Below are positions 35,435 to 43,008 of a stretch of DNA of 64,000 nucleotides, in pieces. The notes under the pieces were generated by a model. The model did no database searches, had not been told where the DNA came from, and worked only from the letters and a program-made list of their open reading frames with translations. Each line of letters starts with the position of its first letter. Position 1 is the first letter of the stretch. The DNA is from Candidatus Nealsonbacteria bacterium (GTDB taxonomy: Bacteria > Patescibacteriota > Minisyncoccia > Minisyncoccales > MHMH01): the NCBI GenBank assembly GCA_016188865.1, contig JACPGX010000005.1, forward strand, positions 114,081-178,080, written 5' to 3'. The translations under genes were made by a program, and so were the position numbers.

Positions 35435-35685
35435 TGAATAAAAAAGAAGTGAAACATATTGCTCAATTGGCTAGGCTTGGAATGACGCCGCGTGAAGAAG
35501 AAAGGTTTGCCAAAGAACTTTCTTCTGTTTTGAAATATGTGGGAAAACTCAAGGAGGTTGATGTTTCTAAAACCGAAGCTGTCAGCCATCCCTTTAAAGT
35601 TGAGAATGTAATGAGAGTTGATGAAGCGACAAAAGACAAAAAAAAATTAATTGAGGGATTTTTGCAGGTAAAATCAGTTTTTTAA
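35431..35685 (+). CDS. gatC: Asp/Glu-tRNA(Asn/Gln) amidotransferase subunit C
   Basis: A small protein with VKHIAQLARLGMTPREEERF, typical of GatC. It lies upstream of gatA. Confidence 0.85.
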   Translation: MMNKKEVKHIAQLARLGMTPREEERFAKELSSVLKYVGKLKEVDVSKTEAVSHPFKVENVMRVDEATKDKKKLIEGFLQVKSVF

Positions 35686-35706
35686 CGATTAAAGATTCGA
35701 TACATC

Positions 35707-37140
35707 ATGAATTTAGCCAGCTTAACTATTACCCAAGCTCACGATGGCTTGGTGAAAAAAGAATTTTCCGCCCTAGAGCTAGCCCGGGCTTTTTTAGATG
35801 AGATAGAAAAATCAGATAAAAGTATATTTGCTTTTTTAACCTTAACTCCAGACTTAGCGCTTTTCCAAGCTAAAAAGATTGATGATTTAATTTCCCAAGG
35901 AAACAGCATACCGCTTTTAGCCGGTATTCCAGCGGCAATAAAAGATAATATATTGGTCGAGAACATGAGATGCACAGCTGCCTCAAAAATTTTGGAAAAT
36001 TATACAGCTCCCTACAGCGCAACCGTCATTAAGAAACTCGAGAAACATGGATCAATAATTTTGGGAAAAACTAACCTTGATGAGTTTGCCATGGGGGCTT
36101 CAACTGAAAATTCAGCATTTGGCCCGACTAAAAATCCCCGCAATTTAAGCAGGGTTCCCGGCGGTTCATCGGGAGGGTCGGCAGCAGCGGTAGCGGGCAA
36201 TCTTGCGGTTTATGCCTTGGGGTCAGATACCGGCGGCTCCATAAGGCAGCCAGCTTCTTTTTGCGGAGTGGTCGGCTTGAAGCCGACCTATGGGGCAGTT
36301 TCCAGATACGGTCTAATTGCCATGGCTTCTTCGTTGGACCAAATAGGGCCGCTCGCTAAGACAGTCGAAGATGCAAGAATAGTTTTCGATGCTATTCGCG
36401 GCAGAGATCATTTTGACTCAACATCAATCGAACCGGAAGTTAAAAATTTAAAATTTAAAATTAAAAATTTAAGGGTTGGCGTGCCGAAGGAATATTTCAT
36501 TAAAGGAATGGAGAAAGGCGTGGAGAAAGCTGTTAAAAATGCTATAAATAAATTAGAGGAAGCCGGAGCTAAAATTGTAGAAGTGAGCTTGCCTCATTGC
36601 ACTGATTACGCTTTAGCGGCTTATTATATCCTTATGTCATCGGAGGTTTCAGCCAATTTAGCCAGATATGACGGCATAAAATACGGATACTCCGAAGCAC
36701 GAAATCCGAAGCACGAAATCCGAAACCTTATAGACGTTTATTTGCAAAGCAGAAAAAATGGATTAGGCCACGAAGTGCGCCGGCGAATAATGTTAGGAAC
36801 TTATGCCTTATCGTCGGGTTATTATGAAGCTTATTATTTACGGGCTCAAAAAGTAAGGGCTAAAATTATTGAAGATTTTGCCAATGCTTTCAAGAAGGCA
36901 GACGTCATTGCTACTCCGGTTGCTCCCACTACAGCTTTTAAGCTCGGCGATAAAACAAAAGACCCATTAAGCATGTATTTAGCGGATATTTTTGTTACGG
37001 CCGTTAATTTAGCAGGGCTCCCCGGACTTTCCCTGCCCTGCGGCAAATCTAGTGATTTGCCTGTTGGACTGCAATTTATCGGCAAACACTTCGAAGATAA
37101 TTTTATTTTAGAATTAGGAGAATTTTTCGAGAAATTGTAA
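35707..37140 (+). CDS. gatA: Asp/Glu-tRNA(Asn/Gln) amidotransferase subunit A (amidase signature)
   Basis: GGSSGGSAAAVA amidase signature and the Ser-cisSer-Lys triad context. Confidence 0.9.
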   Translation: MNLASLTITQAHDGLVKKEFSALELARAFLDEIEKSDKSIFAFLTLTPDLALFQAKKIDDLISQGNSIPLLAGIPAAIKDNILVENMRCTAASKILENYTAPYSATVIKKLEKHGSIILGKTNLDEFAMGASTENSAFGPTKNPRNLSRVPGGSSGGSAAAVAGNLAVYALGSDTGGSIRQPASFCGVVGLKPTYGAVSRYGLIAMASSLDQIGPLAKTVEDARIVFDAIRGRDHFDSTSIEPEVKNLKFKIKNLRVGVPKEYFIKGMEKGVEKAVKNAINKLEEAGAKIVEVSLPHCTDYALAAYYILMSSEVSANLARYDGIKYGYSEARNPKHEIRNLIDVYLQSRKNGLGHEVRRRIMLGTYALSSGYYEAYYLRAQKVRAKIIEDFANAFKKADVIATPVAPTTAFKLGDKTKDPLSMYLADIFVTAVNLAGLPGLSLPCGKSSDLPVGLQFIGKHFEDNFILELGEFFEKL

Positions 37141-37707
37141 ATGAATCCCTTTAAATTTATCAGCAATATTAATATTGATTTCAATGAAATTATTTTACGT
37201 CTTATTTTATATTTAACTTCGAATGAACTTCAAGATAAGCTTCTTGTCTTGAAGATAGTTTTTCTCGCAATAATCGCCGCGCTTCTTGGGTTGATAATAT
37301 TCACCATAAGCAGAACTCATTATCTGCAGTGGTGGTTTATACAGGACGTTTCTCAATTTCTTACCAGGAGGCCGTACGGCGCAAAAAAAATAAATAGACA
37401 ATGGAATAAGATTTTGGAGCGCCTGGAAACAGGAATTGAATCGGATTATAAATTGGCGATTATTGAGGCGAATGATATGCTGGATGCCTCCTTAAAGAGA
37501 CTGGGGTTTGACGGGCAGACTCTTGAGGATAAATTAAAAAATTTGACTTCAGCTACTTTGCCTAATATTCTGCAACTTTTTGAAATTTATCGTCTTAGAA
37601 ATAATATTGTTCACGATCCCGATTACAGGCTGGCCTTAAATGAGGCTAAAGCAGCTTTGGATGTTTATGCTCAAGCTTTTCGCGACTTGCAAATCTTGGG
37701 AGAATAG
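37141..37707 (+). CDS. Hypothetical membrane protein
   Basis: One TM helix. No recognisable domain. Confidence 0.4.
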   Translation: MNPFKFISNINIDFNEIILRLILYLTSNELQDKLLVLKIVFLAIIAALLGLIIFTISRTHYLQWWFIQDVSQFLTRRPYGAKKINRQWNKILERLETGIESDYKLAIIEANDMLDASLKRLGFDGQTLEDKLKNLTSATLPNILQLFEIYRLRNNIVHDPDYRLALNEAKAALDVYAQAFRDLQILGE

Positions 37708-37720
37708 TATAAAATTACCT

Positions 37721-37792
37721 CGCGGGGTGGACTAGCAGTAGGTCGTCTGGCTCATAACCAGAAAATCGCCGGTGCAATTCCGGCCCCCGCAA
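37721..37792 (+). tRNA. Initiator tRNA-fMet (anticodon CAT)
   Basis: 5' CGCGGGG and 3' CCCCGCA give the C1xA72 mismatch. An A11:U24 pair and the anticodon loop CTCATAA are present. It closely parallels E. coli tRNA-fMet. Its anticodon stem has only two consecutive G-C pairs. Confidence 0.8.
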
Positions 37793-37808
37793 CACTTCGA
37801 CTCCAAGA

Positions 37809-37883
37809 GCCGGCGTAGCTCAGTGGTAGAGCAATGCCTTCATAAGGCAGTGGTCGTCAGTTCGAATCTGACCGTCGGCACCA
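37809..37883 (+). tRNA. tRNA-Met or tRNA-Ile2 (anticodon CAT), CCA encoded
   Basis: Acceptor GCCGGCG/CGTCGGC with G1-C72. D-arm GCTC-AGTGGTA-GAGC, anticodon loop TTCATAA, T-arm GTCAG-TTCGAAT-CTGAC, and a genomically encoded ACCA. Confidence 0.75.
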
Positions 37884-37964
37884 CGTAAAAAAATTTTATT
37901 GCGTAAAATTTTCACGTGGTAGCCTCGCGGGAAATTCAACAAAATTTTCTTTACGGAGGCATAT

Positions 37965-37987
37965 GGGCTCATGGCGTAGCCCGGTCT
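37965..37987 (+). repeat. Orphan 5' fragment of tRNA-Asp (23 nt, 1 mismatch)
   Basis: GGGCTCATGGCGTAGCCCGGTCT matches positions 1-23 of the intact tRNA-Asp at 38057. It is followed by an unrelated hairpin. Confidence 0.7.
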
Positions 37988-38056
37988 GACCCCGTACAAA
38001 TCCTGCGGGATTATACGGGGCAAGCACGCCTCTCGAAAAATGAATTTGCGCAAAGC

Positions 38057-38132
38057 GGGCTCATGGTGTAGCCCGGTCTAACACGCCTCCCTGTCACGGA
38101 GGAGATCAGGGGTTCAAATCCCCTTGGGCCCG
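38057..38132 (+). tRNA. tRNA-Asp (anticodon GTC)
   Basis: Acceptor GGGCTCA/TGGGCCC, discriminator G73, D-stem GTGT/ACAC, anticodon loop CTGTCAC and T-arm AGGGG-TTCAAAT-CCCCT. Inverted TTTGCGCAAAGC / GCTTTGCGCA flanks extend the acceptor helix. Confidence 0.85.
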
Positions 38133-38182
38133 CTTTGCGCAGGGAAGTCACGCTTGCCCGCCGAAGCCGAAGGCGTAGGCGG

Positions 38183-38218
38183 GGAGGAGATCAGGGGTTC
38201 AAATCCCCTTGGGCCCGC
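38183..38218 (+). repeat. Orphan 3' fragment of tRNA-Asp (36 nt identical to the anticodon-stem-to-3'-end segment)
   Basis: GGAGGAGATCAGGGGTTCAAATCCCCTTGGGCCCGC is repeated 50 nt downstream of the intact gene. Confidence 0.8.
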
Positions 38219-38226
38219 CCAATAGT

Positions 38227-38258
38227 TTACGAGGCTTCGCCTCGTAAGTTTTATTTTT
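38227..38258 (+). terminator. Rho-independent terminator (TTACGAGGC-TTC-GCCTCGTAA + GTTTTATTTTT)
   Basis: A perfect 9-bp stem with a T-run. It closes the tRNA cluster. Confidence 0.8.
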
Positions 38259-38272
38259 CCACAGGTAAGGTA

Positions 38273-38301
38273 TTGACAAGCAGTTATGCGTGAAATATAA
38301 T
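38273..38301 (+). promoter_or_regulatory. Consensus sigma70 promoter (TTGACA-17-TATAAT) giving a leaderless ArsR-family mRNA
   Basis: Perfect hexamers. The -10 ends 7 nt before ATG 38309, so the transcript is predicted to start at or next to the start codon. Confidence 0.65.
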
Positions 38302-38308
38302 TCACATA

Positions 38309-38599
38309 ATGAGGGATAAGTGCCATTTATTTTTTGAAACTCTGGGGACGGGCCTGAAAATAGATCTGATTTTTCAGCTCAAAAAAAGACCCTTGAGTGT
38401 TAAGCAGCTGTCGGAAAACCTTAAAGAAGAGAGAAGTAAGGTTTCTCACGCCTTGATTTCTCTTTTGGAATGCGGTTTAGTAAGAGTGAAGAAAGAGGGC
38501 AAGAGCAGAATTTACTTTTTGAATAAAGATACTATTTTGCCCTTGCTGAATTTAGTTGAGAAACATATTAAAAAATATTGTAAAATATGCAAAAAATAA
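38309..38599 (+). CDS. ArsR/SmtB-family winged-helix transcriptional regulator
   Basis: An HTH segment LSVKQLSENLKEERSKVSHALISLLECGLV within a small protein of about 96 aa. Confidence 0.7.
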   Translation: MRDKCHLFFETLGTGLKIDLIFQLKKRPLSVKQLSENLKEERSKVSHALISLLECGLVRVKKEGKSRIYFLNKDTILPLLNLVEKHIKKYCKICKK

Positions 38600-38790
38600 C
38601 AAAAGATATGACGCTCGGCGAAATAGCCGAGAAATATTCAAAAGCGGTCGACATACTTATGAAATACGGCCTGCACTGCATAGGCTGTTCGGTTGCTGTC
38701 TGGGAAACCTTAGAGCAGGGAGCAGCAGCTCACGGCATAACAGGCAAGAAATTAGACGAAATATTGAAAGAATTGAACGAGGAGGCGTAG
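38587..38790 (+). CDS. DUF1858-type redox-disulfide small protein (CIGC motif)
   Basis: MTLGEIAEKYSKAVDILMKYGLHCIGCSVAVWETL matches the hybrid-cluster-protein-associated redox disulfide domain pattern. Confidence 0.55.
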   Translation: MQKITKDMTLGEIAEKYSKAVDILMKYGLHCIGCSVAVWETLEQGAAAHGITGKKLDEILKELNEEA

Positions 38791-38794
38791 ATAG

Positions 38795-39469
38795 ATGATT
38801 GATAAGTGTCCGGGGCAGAGCAATATTGTCAGGGGCCCTCAGGATGTCGAGTTTAAGTGTTCCAAGTGCGGCAAGATAGTTGAGGTTTGGCCGCCGGCTC
38901 TCGGAGTTAAATGTCCGAATTGCGGAACTTGGGTGAGCAGAGGAGAGTCCTGCGCTGATTGGTGCCCCGGCGGTGAAGAAATGGTTAAGCAATGTTTGGG
39001 TGAGGAGAAATATAAGGAGTGGAAAAAATCAAAAGCTATGGCAGAGTGTTGTCATCACAATTGCATAGAGGAACTCCGGTCAGACCACGAAAAGATTTTG
39101 GCCGAGCTGGATAAATTAGAAGCAGATCCTGCGGGTTATGCCAAGGAGTTTTTGAAATTCACCGAGGAGTTCGCCGAACCTCACCATCACAAAGAGGAAG
39201 AAGTGTTGTTTCCGGCTTTGGAGAAAAAAGGCATACCCAATGAGGGCGGTCCTATTGGCATGATGTTAATGGAGCACGAGATGAAGAGGGGATACGTCAA
39301 AGAACTGGCAGCCGGGAAAATAGAAGCGGCAATGAAGATAGTTTCTCTCTTGAGGGATCATATTAATAAAGAAAATAATATTCTGTATCCTATGGCTGAA
39401 CAGGTTTTGACTGAAGAAGAATTAGCGGAAATGGGTCATAGGTGTGAAAAGTTGAAAGATAAAAAGTAG
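38795..39469 (+). CDS. Hemerythrin (HHE cation-binding) domain protein with an N-terminal Cys-rich zinc-ribbon region
   Basis: Conserved His/Glu in DHEKILAELD, HHHKEEEVLFPAL, MLMEHEMKRGY and HINKENNILYP. An N-terminal CxxC...CxxC...CC cluster. Confidence 0.7.
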   Translation: MIDKCPGQSNIVRGPQDVEFKCSKCGKIVEVWPPALGVKCPNCGTWVSRGESCADWCPGGEEMVKQCLGEEKYKEWKKSKAMAECCHHNCIEELRSDHEKILAELDKLEADPAGYAKEFLKFTEEFAEPHHHKEEEVLFPALEKKGIPNEGGPIGMMLMEHEMKRGYVKELAAGKIEAAMKIVSLLRDHINKENNILYPMAEQVLTEEELAEMGHRCEKLKDKK

Positions 39470-39475
39470 GAATAC

Positions 39476-39515
39476 AAAAGAGTCGAGCAAATGCTTGACT
39501 CTTTTTTGTTTTTGG
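39476..39515 (+). terminator. Rho-independent terminator (13-bp stem AAAAGAGTCGAGC/GCTTGACTCTTTT, one mismatch, + TTTTGTTTTT)
   Basis: It directly follows the hemerythrin stop. Confidence 0.8.
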
Positions 39516-39557
39516 CTTAAACTTTTTTTGGTACTTTAAATTAAAGGAGGAGAACTA

Positions 39558-40400
39558 TTGCCGGAAAGAAATTTCAATGAGATGATCCAGAGGAAATGGA
39601 ATGAGGGTAAGTCCATCTGCGTCGGCTTAGACAGCGATCCCGATAAAATTCCTGCGATAATTCGCAGCGGCCAAGATTATGGCGTAGGGCTTTTTAACTT
39701 CGCAATTATTGATGCTACATATGATTTAGTCTGCGCCTATAAACCCAATCTTGCTTTCTATGAAAGCTTGGGAGAATTTGGGCCTATCGCTCTCAAAGCA
39801 ACCATAAATCGTATAAGATTTATGGACCCGGAACTGCCCGTAATCGGCGACATGAAGGCAGGCGATATTGGCAATACCAATTGGAAATATGTTAGAAAAG
39901 CTTTTGAGTATTTTGGTTTTGACGCTATCACAATAAATCCGTATCCCGGCAGGGAGGCGTTGCAGCCATTTTTAGACCAGAAAAATAAGGGGATTTTTGT
40001 TCTTTGCCGGACCTCTAACGAAGGTTCTGATGAATTTCAGGGCCGGAATGTTATTGTTTTAGACAGGCATGTTCCTCTTTATCGGTATGTTGCTCACAGG
40101 GTGGCAAATTTCTGGAATCAGAATGGAAATTGCGGTTTGGTGGTTGGGGCGACTTGTCCGGAAGAACTGTCCGAGGTTAGAATGATTGCCGGCGACAATA
40201 TGCCGATTCTTATTCCCGGCATTGGCGAGCAGGGCGGAGATCTTAAAGCTGTATTGAAAGCCGGTAGAAACAGCGATGGTCAGGGCATGATTATTAATTC
40301 TTCTCGAAAGATTATTTTCGCTTCTTCCGGTCCGGATTTTGCTGAAGCTGCCAGAAAGGAAGTTATTAAACTTTTAAAGGCCGTAAATCAATGTTTCTGA
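39558..40400 (+). CDS. pyrF: Orotidine 5'-phosphate decarboxylase (type 2)
   Basis: DSDPDKIP, DMKAGDIGNT (the DxKxxDIxxT motif) and the C-terminal PGIGEQGG. Confidence 0.85.
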   Translation: MPERNFNEMIQRKWNEGKSICVGLDSDPDKIPAIIRSGQDYGVGLFNFAIIDATYDLVCAYKPNLAFYESLGEFGPIALKATINRIRFMDPELPVIGDMKAGDIGNTNWKYVRKAFEYFGFDAITINPYPGREALQPFLDQKNKGIFVLCRTSNEGSDEFQGRNVIVLDRHVPLYRYVAHRVANFWNQNGNCGLVVGATCPEELSEVRMIAGDNMPILIPGIGEQGGDLKAVLKAGRNSDGQGMIINSSRKIIFASSGPDFAEAARKEVIKLLKAVNQCF

Positions 40401-40411
40401 TGAGAGGGTAA

Positions 40412-41014
40412 ATGGATAAAAAACACTGGGTTGAAGAGAAATTTGAAGAATGCGGGGCAATTTTAGACGGGCATTTTGTTTTAGCTTCCGAAAGGCACAG
40501 TAAGACATATTTGGAAAAAGCCTTAGTTTACGTTAACCCGGAAATAGTCTCAGAGCTATGCTATCAGATGGCTATAAATGTCGGCCTATCTTCAAAAGTA
40601 AGCGTTTCAAATATCGAATGCGTTGTTGGTCCATCTTTGGGCGGTATTATTTTATCTCAATTTACCGCCTATCATTTAAGCTCTATGTTTTCGAAAAATG
40701 TATTATCGCTATTCACAGAAAAAGATGCCGCCGGGAAACAAGTTCTTAAGAGAGGATATCAGAAACTCATTGCTGGTAAAAGAGTATTAATTGTTGACGA
40801 TATTTTAACCACTGGGGAATCGATTAAGCAAGTAGCTCAAGCAGTTGAGCAAGCCGGAGGAATAATTGTGGCTGTAGCTGTGATATGTAACCGCGAAGAT
40901 GTAACTTCAGCAAAGCTCGGCTATCCGCTTTTCTGTCTGTGGAGAACAAATATCGAAAGCTGGCCGGCAAAAGAGTGCCCCCTATGTCAGCGAGGCATTC
41001 CCATCACAATGTAA
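40412..41014 (+). CDS. pyrE: Orotate phosphoribosyltransferase
   Basis: PRPP-binding motif VLIVDDILTTGESI. Confidence 0.85.
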   Translation: MDKKHWVEEKFEECGAILDGHFVLASERHSKTYLEKALVYVNPEIVSELCYQMAINVGLSSKVSVSNIECVVGPSLGGIILSQFTAYHLSSMFSKNVLSLFTEKDAAGKQVLKRGYQKLIAGKRVLIVDDILTTGESIKQVAQAVEQAGGIIVAVAVICNREDVTSAKLGYPLFCLWRTNIESWPAKECPLCQRGIPITM

Positions 41015-41033
41015 CTGGTACGACCCGTTACAT
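41009..41033. repeat. REP-like palindrome, family 2 (ATGTAACtGGTACGACCCGTTACAT, 1 mismatch), overlapping the pyrE stop
   Basis: The same palindrome occurs at 41109-41133 and 41851-41875 (both perfect). Confidence 0.85.
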
Positions 41034-41037
41034 ATTA

Positions 41038-41066
41038 AAAAGAGCTTTGTAAAAAGCTCTTTTATG
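41038..41066 (+). terminator. Rho-independent terminator (AAAAGAGCTTT-GTA-AAAGCTCTTTT)
   Basis: An 11-bp stem flanked by A- and T-runs, between two REP copies after pyrE. Confidence 0.7.
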
Positions 41067-41108
41067 TTTGCGTTATTCTTGATTTGTATCTTTCCTTAAT
41101 CTATAATA

Positions 41109-41133
41109 ATGTAACGGGTACGACCCGTTACAT
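41109..41133. repeat. REP-like palindrome, family 2 (ATGTAACGGGTACGACCCGTTACAT), at the 5' flank of RAYT-2
   Basis: A perfect 10-bp stem with an ACG loop. It ends at the RAYT-2 start codon. Confidence 0.9.
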
Positions 41134-41851
41134 GCATAATATGCCGGGGAAAAGAAAGGTACAATTTGTTAATGGGGGAATATATCATATCGTAACGAGA
41201 GCCGTTGATGGCACGGAACTTTTTCGTGAACAAGGCGATAATCTTCGGATGACTCATGATATTTTTGAATTTAATGATTTAACGCCACTTTCATCAGCGT
41301 TGCGAATTGTTCATTGTCGAAATAAAAATAACACCATTCCTCTTACTACGGAACGCAGAGAAAGGAAATTATTAGTGGAAATCTTGGCATTTTGTTTTAT
41401 GCCTAACCATGTTCATTTATTACTTAGACAACTTCAAGACAGGGGAGTTCAAAAATTTATGCAAAAATTAGGTGGTTACACCACTTATTATAATAAAAAA
41501 TATCAGAGGCAGGGTTATCTTTTTCAGGGCAGATATCGAGCAGTTCACATTAAAGATGATAAACAATTAATGACGGTATTTGTTTATATTCATACTAATC
41601 CAGTGGCCCTTCTTTACCCGGGCTGGAAAGAAAGAGGTATTAAAGATATTAAAAAGGCCATAGAATTTATTAATCAATATAGATGGTCAAGCTATTTGGA
41701 TTATCTGGGAATTAAGAATTTTCCGTCTTTGACCAGTAGAGAATTTTTAATAAAAACAATAGGTGGAATGGAAGAGTGCCAAAGATTAGTAGAAGATTGG
41801 CTTTATCAAAAACGTGTACTATTTGACCTTGATAAGGTCGCACTGGAATAA
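41132..41851 (+). CDS. REP-associated tyrosine transposase (RAYT), paralog 2
   Basis: HUH motif MPNHVHLLL, Tyr motif YIHTNP, and the C-terminal WSSY motif (RWSSYLDYLG). The start is set at the ATG overlapping the palindrome; 41141 is also possible. The ORF-track start at 41084 reads through the palindrome. Confidence 0.75.
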   Translation: MHNMPGKRKVQFVNGGIYHIVTRAVDGTELFREQGDNLRMTHDIFEFNDLTPLSSALRIVHCRNKNNTIPLTTERRERKLLVEILAFCFMPNHVHLLLRQLQDRGVQKFMQKLGGYTTYYNKKYQRQGYLFQGRYRAVHIKDDKQLMTVFVYIHTNPVALLYPGWKERGIKDIKKAIEFINQYRWSSYLDYLGIKNFPSLTSREFLIKTIGGMEECQRLVEDWLYQKRVLFDLDKVALE

Positions 41852-41875
41852 TGTAACGGGTACGACCCGTTACAT
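41851..41875. repeat. REP-like palindrome, family 2, at the 3' flank of RAYT-2
   Basis: A perfect copy overlapping the RAYT-2 stop codon. Confidence 0.9.
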
Positions 41876-41932
41876 TTAGTTTTCCACAATTGGGGGCTTG
41901 ATTTTGACTTAATTTTAGGGTAAAATAGAGTA

Positions 41933-42925
41933 ATGGCAAAGACGAAAATTAGCTTAAAATTGCTCAAAAATAAGGCGCAAAAAGAGATGCTTCAGGCGAA
42001 AGACCTGAAGGATTTAGACATTGTTTTTAAGAAGTACCTAGGTGACGAGGGAGAGGTTACTTTGGTATTACGTTCCTTAAAAAAATTACCGAAAACAAAG
42101 AAAGCCAAGATCGGCAAAGAGGCAAATGAGCTTAAAAATTTCTTAAAAATTAAGTTTGCCGAGGCAGCCGCTGCCTTGAAAGAGAAAGCTCAAAAAGAGG
42201 CTGAATTAAAAGAGTGGTTTGACATTACTGTCCCTGGAGAGAAAGTTGCCTTTGGGCATTTGCATCCGTTAACTTTAGTGCAGAGAAAATGCGAAGAGAT
42301 TTTCCAATTTATGGGTTTTTCAATAATTGAAGGGCCTGAAATGGAAGAAGAATGGTATAATTTCGACGCTTTAAACATCCCCAAAAATCACCCGGCGCGG
42401 GACCTTTGGGATACTTTTTATTTAAAAAACGGTTTGCTTTTGCGTACTCATACCAGCCCTGTCCAGATTCGCTATATGGAGAAAAATCAGCCGCCCCTCA
42501 GGATTATAGCCCCGGGTCGTGTTTTCCGCCACGAGGCCACTGATTCATCGCATGAAGTTAATTTTTATCAGGTCGAAGGATTAATGATTGGCAGAGATAT
42601 TTCCGTTGCTAATTTTAAAGCCATAATTCAGGAATTTTTCAGAAGATTTTTTTCCAAGGACGTAGAAATTAGGCTTAGGCCAAGTTATTTTCCATTTGTG
42701 GAGCCGGGCTTCGAAATAGACATAAAATGGGGAGACCAATGGATGGAAATAATGGGGGCTGGAATGGTTCATCCCAATGTATTGAAAAATGCCGGGCTGA
42801 ATCCTAGTGACTGGCAAGGTTTTGCTTTTGGCATGGGTTTGGATAGATTAGCAATGATAAAGTATAAAGTTGACGATGTTAGATTATTTTATTCGGGAGA
42901 TTTAAGATTTTTGAATCAGTTTTAA
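41933..42925 (+). CDS. pheS: Phenylalanine--tRNA ligase alpha subunit
   Basis: Class II motifs (FRHEATDSSHEVNFYQVEG; GAGMVHP...GFAFGMGLDR). Confidence 0.9.
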   Translation: MAKTKISLKLLKNKAQKEMLQAKDLKDLDIVFKKYLGDEGEVTLVLRSLKKLPKTKKAKIGKEANELKNFLKIKFAEAAAALKEKAQKEAELKEWFDITVPGEKVAFGHLHPLTLVQRKCEEIFQFMGFSIIEGPEMEEEWYNFDALNIPKNHPARDLWDTFYLKNGLLLRTHTSPVQIRYMEKNQPPLRIIAPGRVFRHEATDSSHEVNFYQVEGLMIGRDISVANFKAIIQEFFRRFFSKDVEIRLRPSYFPFVEPGFEIDIKWGDQWMEIMGAGMVHPNVLKNAGLNPSDWQGFAFGMGLDRLAMIKYKVDDVRLFYSGDLRFLNQF

Positions 42926-43008
42926 GTTATTCATATTTTGTCTTTTCTTCGCGCTTTACCCTAAAGGGCTCCGACGCGACTCAGAAAATCCAAAATATTA
43001 ATTTTTTT

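Noticed and set aside
38556-38798. ORF 38556..38798 (+) overlapping the DUF1858 gene in another frame
   Set aside because: The Arg-rich translation has no features. The co-located 38587..38790 frame gives a recognisable CIGC redox-disulfide protein.
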